Assembly (NCBI GenBank): GCA_000934665.2
Contig: KZ538318.1
Span: 1-64,000, forward strand
From: Catajapyx aquilonaris
Lineage: Eukaryota
DNA: 64,000 bases
Direction of reading: 5' to 3'
The notes below the pieces were generated by a model. That model was not told the origin of the DNA. It worked only from the letters and a program-made list of their open reading frames with translations, and searched no databases. Made by a program: the position numbers and the translations under genes. Shown in pieces: positions 51,946 through 64,000 of the stretch. Positions within the stretch are counted from its first letter, which is position 1; the number at the start of each line of letters is the position of its first letter.

Positions 51946-54900
51946 GTGAGTACCGGCGGTTGTGCCCGTTCACGCGGGGAAATGGACCTGGTCTGGAACC
52001 AGACCACTATTGGGACACATATTGCCAACCTAGAGAATGTCAACAGTACCATACCAACAAAATTCGACGCTGTTGATGGACAGTTTGTGTGCGGATTGTC
52101 AATGCTGTGTTTGGCACCCCAAATATAGTGGACTTACTTGGTCCAGACCTGGTTCTGTTTCCTGGATGCTGTATAAACAAGCCTAATGATAGTCTGATGG
52201 GACTTGCATGCTGCATGTTGACAATGTTATGGGGCGTTGTAAATCACATGTGATTGAGACAAGTGTAGGGGGAAATGAGGTATGTGATAGAAATGGTATT
52301 GTGACAGCCCATTGTGGTGTGCAAGAAAGAAATAGTCGCATGTCGTCAATCGCTAATGCGGTGACCAGGATGTGATAGAAGGATCCATGCAGGAGGATAT
52401 ACTTGACATGGACCACGTTTTCACCATAACAGTCGTGAGCAAGTGGACAGGTTATCTCATGAAGAATGTTGCGTTGTATTGTATTCTTGGCCCGATGTTC
52501 GTCAGACAATTTTTTTTACATTACGGGTGACATGCCGTTAGACTGTACAGTGAATAATACTGCATTTTATGATCTGATGTGAGAGTGTAATAAGGATGTA
52601 GAAAGAGCATCAGGTTTTGTCTTTTAAACAACTAATGTCAGTAACTGATGGTGAGGCAATAACATATCCTCATAGTATGTATCAAGTACCTGCACTGTTA
52701 ATACAATGTTCAGGAAAGAAACTAGTTACCAGAGTACATTACGGGCATTACCAGTTTAGAGTTTATTAAGGACAAGACACCAAGTTCACCTTGAAACAGT
52801 GGCACACATTAGGTGAAATACTGCAGTTAGAGAGAGAGGAGCAGTTGTGTGTGAGTTCAGTTCCAGGATACTTAATTTTCGCATTGCAAGGGTAGCGTAA
52901 TACTATCACTTTTATTGCATTGTTATTTTTAAAGAGAAGAGCAGGATTGTGAGATGTCGATGGCCAAGGATACAAGTAATGTAGTTGATGTTTATTCAAA
53001 ATAGAGTTATCAGCATCAGTGAGAATCCATACTGCGCTGGTAAAAAAATTAATATTGAAGCTAATAAGTAGGTTACTGCATTAATAGCAGGGATCAAACA
53101 TGGAATGTACAAGTACATGACCTGGAGCAATTTACCAATTAGAGGTATGCATTTTTGGACCTCCTGAAAAACTGTTTTGTGGCCCAAACAATACTTGGCC
53201 ATTGTTATGTCAGTACTGATGAGATGTGCTGAGATTATTTTATTCATTACCTGTAACGCTCATTCTATTCTGCTTACAGAAATTGATATGTATTTAAATG
53301 TGGATGGGTTCTGAACATGTAATGCAACCAAAACATTTGACTTCTGCTTGAGAATTAGAGTACCAGGCCCCATAATGCATGTGATGTTCAATGGAAAGCA
53401 ATAGGTGGGAAACATAACAAGCTCATTTCCACGCACACATGACACTTGAAAGCGAAGGTGTTGTAGCCGGTCCGGGGAGCCTCAATGCCAGTGCTCCCGG
53501 CTTCAGGCAGTGAATAACGGCACAGGTATCCACCGTCAGAATTCATAACCATTACAAGTTCACATGTTGCCAGTATTACCCATCAATAATTGTTACAACT
53601 TGCATGAACGGGCTGTACTGTGAATTTGGAATATGACATAAAATATCAGTCATGCGACCAGAACTTTTCCACGTAATTTTCCAACGTAATTGAGGCAATC
53701 TGGTAATCATATCTCACCGTTGTGAATATCTGGTTGTAGGCAGCATTGTAGCATGACGGAACCCAGTAACCTCCAATTATATACAAGTGTTGATGCAACA
53801 TAGTTTGCAGGGTACTGGTTTTATCTAGTTGGACTTCTGGCCAGTCTGGATGTGATTAGGGGTATAGTACTATGCAATTTTATGTCCGGTTAGAACAGTA
53901 AATAGATGATACATTTAACCTTTAGACAAGGGGGTAAAAAATCCACCAGACTGTATAATTGCTATCAGCATTCGGGGATCCCAGACCAAAGTGGAATATA
54001 AATGCCTCTCGAGATAGCAACAAAGACAACCCCTATCAGAAAGAGGACTATCTGGGAAGTGGGTGAATGAAAGCGTAAATGTGCCATGCTGCCCCGGAGA
54101 TGCAAAATTGCAGTTGGGGTACTCCCTTTGCTATTACGAGTCCTTGAGAATTAATTGTTGTAACGTCACATTTTCACAAGCGAAGTGTCCGATGGTCTTT
54201 TGATTCATGGATCCGACGTGTTATTATGCAAAGCAATACATCCCACTGTGATTTATACGTCGAGGAAAAGTGTTGCAGCATTGTCATTGGTATGGAGCCA
54301 GTGTTGATGACAGTGATTTGGAATTGTTTGGAAAGAGTTTCCTTTAAAAATATGGCGCATTGTATTTGTAATGCAAAGCCACTACTGTATATAGCTAAAA
54401 TATTGTGCGTTTACACTGTCTATTCACGTATGTCTTTGGCCTTATTTTCCAATTCGCAATTGCACTTTCAATTGCCCGAAGTGCAGGCCTCCGGCTTTTT
54501 TTCCCTCCCATTTGTACACTCCCCTCTTAAAAAGTAATAATCAGATTAACCCCCCTCCTAAGTGATTCTAATTTCTACCCTGCATGCGAGCCGCATTTCT
54601 GCTACTTAAATCGAGTGTGACCCATTTCAAGTCGTTAGTATATATCCATTGCCACCTAATTCGGAGCACTGACGTGTATCCTGCAAGGATAACCAGTCCG
54701 CTGACGTGGATTTGAAACAATTTTTTTTTTATTAACCTCGCCCAGCCAGCATCGGACCGTGAAGTCATTTATATAACCCGCCGCCAAATCACGATCATGT
54801 GAAATAGTGAGTAACGTGAATGACGATATATTTGGGTCTGTTTGCGTGGTTTGTTTGCGGAGGTACACGTGGTGTGTATTTTCATTACATGAGGAAATAG

Positions 54901-57900
54901 GCGTGCGCGGTTTGGCCAGTAATGGCTCAAGTAGGAGGAAACACTGCTTTCCTGCTCGGTTTTTTGGAGGGAAAAGGCCCATGCAGCCGACCTTGAGTTT
55001 TCCGAAGAAAGATTTTTGCACGTGAGCCTGCCTGCAGCGCTTTTGCCAGTCCTTCCAGTATATACCGTTTACATAATCTTCAGTCACTGCATGTGCACGG
55101 GCTGCTTGCCAAGATTGGCCACTCCGGCGTCTGCCTGTCACACACGCGGGTATCCTTGAAAACAGCACTCGATGCGATCGTGCACAAATACATGTGAGGT
55201 CATCAGGGGTTAGGGACCGGTGATTGATGCTGGGTGTATATACCTGAAGATGAGGAAAGTCGGCCAGGTGAAGAACAATGGTGTCGCCATTTATATGTGT
55301 GCAACACCATAATTAGATATTGGTCCGCCTGCTGGATACATGTGTTGGGAGGCGTGGGGTCGGAAAATGTGCGATTTCTTTTTTCCTCTCTCGGAGATTT
55401 GCAATGATGGGCCTGGAGAGATTGCGATAGATGCAAATCTGCCGTGGTCTGCAAGTCATCCGGACCTGATTGGATCTCCGCAGCGTGACCCCTTACGCAA
55501 CTGGGTAATATAAAAGAGACTGTGGCTCATGCCTGCCAAGCGGACCATCTAGCACCATCCCGAAGATCCGAGTTGCACATGTGCCTTTGGCCAATTCGCG
55601 CTCAAATTGGCTAACACGTCGTGTCGTAAGATGATACATGCCCGCTGCCCAAGGCCTCCAGTTGAAGGAAGTGGAAGATTGTTCACTCCAGCACTTTCAA
55701 AATAAGCATCAATCACAACTGGGGTGCCAATGATTGACCTCGGGTCATCCTGCAGGTGTGGTGGGATGACCCGGTGGGAAGTTGGAGGGGCAGGTTTTCG
55801 GGAAGGCCAAATGAGGAGGGTGCCCCCTCGATGCTGGATGGGGATGGAGGTCAATGTCAGCCGAGAGGGAAAGTGAAGGACGTCGTCCTCCTTATAATAA
55901 AAAAGGCCGGGCCTGTGAGGGCCCGGCTGGGTCAAAAAGACCCGTGGCACATGCTGGTGGGTGGGAATGGGTGTCGCAACCCCCCGGCCTATGTGACCTT
56001 CCGTCCTGTTGCTTCCTAATCGGGACTGATTGATTTGTGCGGCAGGCTGCTGCCACCGATTCATTAACGTGACCAACTGGAAGGGGATCAAACAGGAAGG
56101 CGGCTTGACAGTCCAGTGCTGATCAGGCCCTTATCCAACGAGGAAGCATCGCGATTGTCGCAACTGGTATCCACCACCACCACACACACAAAAACGGGTC
56201 TCGCAGGATGGCTCCTCCTTCCTGCTCCGCCACATGTCGGGGGCTTTCACTTTTTTAAACTCTTTTTTTACTCCCATATTTTGTGGTACCGTGTAATGTG
56301 CCGTGATAATAATGTTGTCTGCACGGTGTAACTGTGCATTGGGTGCAGCTCGCTGCAGGACGCTCAGAAGTTTCACTCTTGGTCCAGCCATTCCAGAATT
56401 TACCAGTGGCGAAGACATTTTATTGAAGCCAAGATTGGGCCAATTTTTTCAAGTGGCATTGATCTCAATTGTCCGTAGATGGGACTAGACGTAATTAGCC
56501 TACTTGGGTGCTGCATACAGCCAGCCGGAACATTTTGTCCCCCATGGTGCGTTTGCCCACGCAAAAGTCGAGGCTACGAACTATTGGAAGTTGTTGGCCT
56601 TTTTTGTTGTTGTCGAAAGGTGTTTGGCCATAAAGAGCCAGATATCAGTATTGCCGGATTGGAAGCGGCCATGGCCTTGGCCAATACGTGCAGTCCATAC
56701 AGACCGTTTACTTTGGGAAAAAAGAAGAAGAAAAAACTCGTGGATTAAATCAGTGTGCTGTGCTGTTTAACCTTAACCTCAATAATGGACCGAAAAAAAA
56801 TTGTTGGAGGGGGTGGAGGTAAGGTGGGGATACTTCCCAAGTTAAGAAGTGGTCAAGAAGACCTTGAGTCTTGCTCAGATGCTGGAGAGATTGGCGTGAA
56901 GTGGTGAGCGTGACGAGGAACAAAAATACTTTCACTTTTTATTGTTCGCTATTTGTATTTATTGCCGGGCACATATACTTTGTTCGAAGTATATGGGTGT
57001 GCAGAGGCGATTCTTTGAGGGCTGTAGCTTATAGCTGAGTGGTGTAAGAACTAGACCACATATTGTTACCTGTAGCGCCGCCTATTAGGAAGGATAACTG
57101 CTCATTGCCGATGAATTTGAAATAAGGCAACCAGGAAGGATTTTGAAGCAGCGTCACGTCGCAGGCAAGCAATATTGCGTGTATAATTTTGACTGGTCGT
57201 TTTGCAGATAGTGCAGTATAAATGCACAAGTGGCGACGAGTATTGATGAGAAAGAATTCTCTGGAAATTGAGACCGTTCGAGGCACGCAAAGACGTAATT
57301 GCCGTAACGAATGGTCCCCCTTTTATTTTTTCCACCCCTCCCCTGTTTATTCTACTCTTTGCCAATAAAAAAGGTGGTGGATTGCGCGAAAAAGATCGGG
57401 CCAAATTGGGGGTGCATATGGACTTCCTGGTGTTGCGACATGAGCTTGATTTTCCTGCTGGACGTGTTGCAGTGTGGAGACCATCGTTGTCCTTTCACTA
57501 AAAGACCGACCCACTTGGACCCTTACGTAATTTAGAGTCATTCGATCAATTTCCCGCCTCAACTCGTTTCGAAAGGAACATCAACACCAAGCTTCTTTCT
57601 TGTTTGACCATTACACAGAGTAATCGGGTCTCCCCGGTACGCTGCCTTTATTTCCTGCTTTTTAGCGGTATAGGTTAACCAGTTGATTTTATAAATAAAA
57701 AACGAAGGGGGAAAAAAAGCTAGTGGACTTTATGCAAGCGTGAAACAAGCTTGAAAGCCAGGCGAATGTTCTGTGTATATAGGTCTGTTGATAAAACTCA
57801 TTTAGGCCAGGCTTTTGGTAAATGATGCAGTGCATTTGAGTCATTCGATCGACGCAGTTGGGGCATGTTTTTGAAAAGATACCTGGCTTAATAATAGTGA

Positions 57901-59931
57901 AGAATGGAATATTCGCAAGGTTCTTCCTTGCATCGATTCTGAAAAACAATATTTCTACACCTGCCGGATATCACACCTGCCCCACAATGCGATGTATAAT
58001 TACTTCATCGCTCGCCTGTCGTGTCATTCTCTCAAGGTAAACGTGGTCTGGCTATTCCGTACAGGGTGTAACTAATGTACGTAACACAACCCTATGAATC
58101 AAATATCCCATCATGACTATATACCTGATGCCTTCTGTGAGAATGGCCGTCACCGTGTGGCATTCCCAGCATGTCGTTTTATTCTCACAGGTGTGAGTTA
58201 GGATGCCTACACATGAACGCCTGACTTATTGGTACACACCCTGTACATACTTATGGCCAAATGAGTTTTGCCTTCGTGAGACAATCAATATGTGCAGTGT
58301 TAATGAAATAATTCAAGGCCTGGGATCATGGTCGTCTCGGATGGAAAATTCCTCTGTAACGTCGCAGGAAGCTGTTAATGTTTTTGTTATTATTGTAGGC
58401 TACAGTATAGTACAACTGTTTTGTACGATTTTTTTGCACCCAGCTGCTTATTACTGTAAGCCAGTGACAGCAATTTTTTGAGATTGTAAATTGTATTAGG
58501 TTGAATGAATACATCTCTTTTTTTTTAAATGCGTGACATGCAGATGTGCCGATAACGTCATTAACTGCAATTAAGAGTAAGACAATGGCACATCCTTGTC
58601 CAGGGTTGGAACGTGCCCATCTCCCAGAGATGACCTCTTGGCCACGTGCCGCCGACAACAACGTCGGAGGAGAATGGTGAGGACGCGCCTGGGAATCAGT
58701 CTGAATAATCTGCGCACCTGCAGGGCGCGGTTGACCCACTTGCCGAAACATAATACGGGGTCACGCCCAGTGGATAGGGTCACACCCGCCTTTGTTGCCA
58801 CCCCGCATTATTTCGTGCACTCTCCTCCGGGGGCCATCTGCCTCTTCTCCGACCCTTCATTTGGCCCGTGTTCAGGAAGTCCACTCCATGCTCACGGCCC
58901 TTTATGAGAGGTCACTTGTCCACTCGTTACACTGCAGCATGGTCATCTTGCACAAGGGCGTACGTACATCACATGCCGACACGTTTTGCCCTAAGGACTT
59001 GTCCATTCGATGAGTAGTTGAGTTGTGAGTAAAGCAACCAAAATAGTGGGCCGAGTCTATAGTTTCTTCCAGATTGTGACCCCATAATGTTGCATGCTGC
59101 ACTGAGCCGCCGTTTAATTACGAGATGCGATATGAGGAAATAAGTGGGGTGCCGGCAAAGAGGGCGACTTGATGGAACGTGCGAGATGAACCAATCGTCT
59201 TCGACTGCGGCCTTCTCCCTTGAGAATAATTGGGCTCATTTGGTTGGACGTGTAGCGTTTTCCAAGCGGTCAATTATCCCGAAAGAACCATTTGCGAGGC
59301 TCCTGGTGGCGTGCGGATCGATTCATGAATGGCAGGCCCTGCATTATCGGCAAGGGTTTTAGGAAATGCGAAATACTCTTCCATGGGTGATTTAGGAGGG
59401 ATACTGTACCTTCGGGCTAGTTCATTTTAACTGAATTTATGTCAAGTTGCTCCCCAGGGGGTAACCAGCGTTCAGCAGAAAAGGTGAAGCGTTTCGCCAC
59501 GGTGGTCAATAATAATAATAATTGAAACCGTGTGAAATGGCTTATTTAATTGCTGGTGATTGTTACGATATTTGTAGCATTTTGGTGTGTGCGTGTGGAC
59601 TTGAGTAAAAAAGTTGCTTAATATTTTAGTGCTGAAGTCGAAAACACAGGTTTTGCAATAGTTGGCGTGCGCAGTAGCAGTGCTCGTGTTTTGACTACTA
59701 TACTAGTGATCGGCTGTTTTTTTCCCAAGTGTCGTAATCTCCCTAATGTGTTGGATTTTATTCATGGTGGAATTCAATTGAAGACTCGTCTTGTAATGAA
59801 GTAGTTCCTGGCATGTTTTCAATTCGATTTTTTGACGTATTTTTTGTGAGGGAATGATGCGATGGTCAGGTTCACCTGACAGTTATCTATTAGGAAAACG
59901 GTATTTTGTTTTAAAAAAAACAAAGATGCAT

Positions 59932-60095
59932 TTGGGGTGGTAATGATTCGCCCACATGCATAGGAGGTCTTGGGTTCGTTCACCGCGTCTGGCTATCCTC
60001 GGGCCAAAATTTATAGCCCGTTCCTCCAGCTGTTTTCCTTGGTCGCTACCAGGAAAATGTCGATGTACCGCAGTTCCTTGTAGCCAGAAAAGGCA
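59932..60095 (+). mobile_element. Degenerate tRNA-derived SINE
   Basis: ggaggtcttgggttcg B-box-like segment followed by ggctatcct...ttttcc...ccaggaaaatg...gttcctt, resembling bodies of arthropod SINEs as recalled. Confidence 0.5.
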
Positions 60096-60996
60096 GGCTG
60101 AATCTTGGAAACTAACGCAAGCAATTTGTCCAGAAATGCGGCCACGTGCGCAATAATTTGCGTTAATCTTGGGATTTAAGAATTGTGTCAATGTAATTTC
60201 CAGTTACAAGGTACCTGGAAAGCGCCTCCGTTTCGGACGAAGGAGAGTAATTTAATAGTGAGGCCAGTAATAACCTTTGAATCTCTGTGGAAAGCGGTTT
60301 TACGGAGACGACCTTTAACGCTCGTATAATTATGGAGTACAGCAGCATTGTGAAGCTAGGATCCGAATTGTTGGTGGGCATGAGAGCCACAAAGCTCTGT
60401 CGCGCAATAGTAATAATGGAGAAAAAGAAATATATAGCTGATGTGTTCTGCTGGAAGGCCGAATGCAGAAAGACAATCGAGTTGGCGGAAGTCGTAATTA
60501 ATTACTCCGGGCAGGAAATTGTCCTGGCCGCCGATGTCGAGGCCTTGGAAATTGCGAGGGTCTCCGCTTTTTCAGGCCGGCTCCTAACATTTCCTCATGG
60601 GCAGTCAACCCTGAACTTAAGAACCTCATTCTCTGGTGGAGTCGCATGCCCTGGGAAATGCCGACAACGGGACAGCTCGACGTCTCCTGTCAGTGGACCT
60701 TGTTCGTATCTTGATGCGTGTCTCGCACTTGCTTGGCTTTCCCAAGAGCCACTATTTGGATTATCCAGGAAGAAAACAATGCCCCTGGGTTAGGGGCGGA
60801 CTTGTATTGACTCGTAGAGTCGTGGCTTCTTGAGGAAGGTTTGGTCGCAGGATCAAGCTGCTCAGGTCCGGTTTTTAAAGTGGATTTTAGCCAGCATTGG
60901 GTGTGTTCAACTGAGGTGTCCCTTAAGTGAATTGTTTTGACAAAAACACATGTGGTCCTTACTATCTCGAGTTTATCACAATATATTGTTAGATAT

Positions 60997-61195
60997 GCTA
61001 ATGGTGGTTAGCGCCATATAGCCTTCCACCTGAGGTCTCAGGATCGGACAGAGGAATTTCTCGGAATTTCTCATATGGAAATACTGTACACCAAATAGTT
61101 CCGACGGTAGGTGTTTGCGGGGATTTCCTCGGGGTAATCCGTTTTCCTCCTACTAACAAAATTCTTCAAGAGCACAGTCAATGAATAAAATCGGA
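60997..61195 (+). mobile_element. Degenerate tRNA-derived SINE with a conserved central-domain-like segment
   Basis: ggtggttagcgc head; gggatttcctcggggtaatccgttttcctcctac resembles the widespread GGGTTTTCTCCGGGTACTCCGGTTTCCTCCCAC SINE core; A-rich end, then (TAT)n. Confidence 0.55.
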
Positions 61196-61226
61196 AGTGT
61201 AATCACGGCGTAACATATTGCATGTA

Positions 61227-61302
<76 letters not shown>
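61227..61302. repeat. (TAT)n microsatellite, about 25 units
   Basis: Direct reading; explains the poly-Tyr ORF. Confidence 0.95.
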
Positions 61303-61674
61303 TGCTGCTAATGCTAGGCCAGCTGAATATATGCTTCCGTTACGTGCTGGTCTGGACTGAAAAAAATGTCAAATATATTGATTTCAGATTCCGAAGGGTT
61401 GCATGCGGATTATTTGCAAAATTGGGCTACTTATTACCATTCAATACCTGAGATTTCATGCCATCCAGTATCGACTGATAATATTTCTTACAATTCAGCA
61501 ATTGGTCGAATGTAACTGCTTCATAATTAGCAGGTTAATTTCAAAAAATGAGTAACTGAAACGGACACTTCAGTTGGAACGCACTGTTTACGGTAGCTTG
61601 AGTGGATTGTTTTAAAAATGGCGTAGCTATTTACTGTTTTTTGTGGACAGTTCTGGAAATAAAGGATTGGTTTA

Positions 61675-61801
61675 GGGCCGGTTTCACCGAGCTCAGTATA
61701 TGATAAAACCAGGGTTCTTTCTCAAAATCCCTATCTATTTGTATTGGATTTTCCTAAAGAAACCTGGTTTTATCATATACCAAGCTCGGTGAAACCGGCC
61801 C
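61675..61801. mobile_element. PIF/Harbinger (Tourist-like) MITE, 127 bp
   Basis: 46-bp inverted arms with 3 mismatches starting gggccggtttcaccgagct; TTA target-site duplication on both sides. Confidence 0.9.
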
Positions 61802-63277
61802 TTAGACTCAAAATACATGCCAGGTAATTGTAAACGGTAGTTTTTTTGTGTTTTTTCTTCTTCTTTCGAATCCAACTTATTGAATCACCCGGTCTGGGCG
61901 CCAGCAGACACTATACTTCACTAGGAGATATCGACAGTTTTATAAAGGCCACATGGGCAGACGTCCAGTCGGGTTTAGCAAAGTCTATAGATATCCGATG
62001 AGTCGTTTTGTGCGATTAAAAGGGGGGCATGAGGACAGTGCCCGTCCTTCACACGGATCGGCTTGTTTTGTATTCCTAAAGGGCGTGTAATTGGAGCGTA
62101 ATTTCAGTGACATTTCCCAAGGTGGAGGTTGAGAATCAGTGCACATGATGTCGTTCTGGCTGACCAATCGCGATTTTTCTCATCGATATGACGGGTGTAT
62201 GCGTGGACCTCACGGAAGCGTTTCTTGTGAGAAGAGAATGTGGGCCTACATATTAAATAATTGAAGCTTTACGCAATTAGGTTAACAGGACGAATTTGCA
62301 TGTCCATATAGCAAGTGGAGTTGAGGAGGCAAAAAGTGAGTAGACGGAATTTTAATTGGGCGGGACCCGCAAAGCTGCCTTTGTTTACGTTCTACAGAAG
62401 GCACATAAAAAACGTATGCACATAAATGTTTCATCACGAATTGCAAAGACCACTCCGCAAATAATTATTCCCTCTGTTCCACCTGTAATCTGCTAATGGT
62501 TGCTTTGCTGAAGCAACCGGGGAAGGCATTTCGACAAATTGTAAACGAAGATCTTAATATGTGGCACAATTTATGCATTTCTTCATGAGAAAGTTATAGT
62601 AGGAGATTATGGTGCGTAATTTTGTGTCATCTGCAACAATTGCGAAACTGAGGCAGATATTTCCAGTAGCAATATCATTCGCGAGTAGGCGACCTTAATT
62701 TTATGCTGTCTTATTTGTTGCCGGTCTGCTCATAAGAAAATTATGTAAAGATTGCAGCATACAAGAGCCAGAATACGGTTAATTTGTTAGCACTTGTGGG
62801 GTGTTAATTTGCCCCAATTAGGTTCATTTGTGTAGTATTGCGTACTCAATGGCCGAGGACTTTTATTTTTAAATGAATTACATGCTGCTTTTATTATTCC
62901 TCGTTGACACTCGTCACATCATGAAGATTGATGGTCGAACCTGACCGGTAGGGATCTTACGGCTGCAATACTGGATATGCGAGAGGAAAGGGTGTCATAT
63001 AGGAAAGTGTGTCTTGATTCATCTGCAGTTGCTGCAACTATGCTGTATAATGATGCCAAGATGCAAGTCACACAAGGTAACAAGGGGAGTATTGCAAATA
63101 TCGCGTTTTGTAACGTCGAGGAGTGATGAACGGCGAGTATTTTTTTAGGTGAAAAATTTAGCCTACATATGTATTGTCATTTATGTATACTGTACCATGT
63201 TTCTTGTACTTACAAGGATTTGGGGGAGGGGACGTCCGGAGGCACTAGATAAGTGTTTTATACCTTGGTACCCATTC

Positions 63278-63278
63278 C

Positions 63279-63307
<29 letters not shown>
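63278..63307. repeat. (GTT)n microsatellite
   Basis: Direct reading. Confidence 0.9.
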
Positions 63308-63309
<2 letters not shown>

Positions 63310-64000
63310 CTTCCTTTTAATTTATACTTTAGTATATAGTGAAACTTGAGTAAGGAATGCTACCAAACGGGTGTAAAACAACAGGTAAAGAGAAGTGCGG
63401 CCGGATAGTTGGGAAGGAAGACATAAAACGAGTTAGTATAATCAGGAATCTCCGGATTTTCCGTTCCATTTTTTCCCTAATAATCGAAAAATTAAATGCA
63501 TATCTACTACATAGTTTACACGAAGATTCTGCCCATAGATAGCTGGTCACGCTTCCAAAGGCAGCAGTTGAACCTGAACCTATTATTGTTCCCCTTTGCC
63601 ATTATCGCCACCATTAAAAATCCCTGACCCAAATTAAAGTGTAAGTGAGGCAGCCATGAGAAAAGAAACAAAAGGAAAAATGTGAGGAAGTGAGTGACAG
63701 GTGTGAAAGGAGAGGGTGTTAGTGCAGTTGAACCATACTTAGTGCGGGTCAGGTTCAACTCACGGAAGAGAGGAGGGGGTAAAAAGAAGGAGGGGGGGGG
63801 GAGGGGGGGAAGAAAAAAAAGAAACGGTGCCAGAAACATACTAGGGCCAGCAGACAATCGGGTGTGGGTAAAAATAGCTGTTCGAATCAGGCCGAGAGCT
63901 ATTGTAGGTCGAGAGAGAGAAAAGAGAGGGAAAAACGCCCAATCTCAAGGGGTGTCTAATGAGTTTTCGGTGGGAACCTGTTGTGCTGGATCAGGAAGAC

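Noticed and set aside
55549..56091. 180-aa minus-strand ORF as a nested gene in the AMFR intron
   Set aside because: No recognisable domain and no ATG start; expected by chance in a GC-rich segment.
60287..60793. 168-aa ORF between two SINE-like remnants
   Set aside because: Starts at GTG; no transposase, RT or AMFR motifs.

Overview
Eukaryotic (metazoan, most likely arthropod) genomic DNA with spliceosomal introns; no prokaryotic features. Four genes are recognisable from spliced exons. (1) G-protein alpha-o (+): six coding exons 7974-30335; the first coding exon lies upstream of the window. (2) Nuclear receptor HNF4 (+): about 37.9/38.4-47.8 kb. (3) GINS3/Psf3 (-): complete, three exons, 205 aa. 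(4) First coding exon of the ERAD E3 ligase AMFR/gp78 (+), head-to-head with GINS3 and followed by an intron of more than 12 kb. Introns and intergenic DNA hold several MITEs (Tc1/mariner-pogo and PIF/Harbinger types), degenerate tRNA-derived SINEs, microsatellites and four N gaps. Main observations: the Galphao-HNF4-GINS3-AMFR cluster recalls human 16q (GNAO1 next to AMFR, GINS3 nearby), suggesting ancient microsynteny; HNF4 needs a GC-AG intron and has three NAGNAG acceptors; perfect CRE palindromes and DR1 sites recur across Galphao/HNF4. No wholly new gene family was found. Most ORFs in the supplied track are spurious. All vertebrate comparisons are from recall and need checking.
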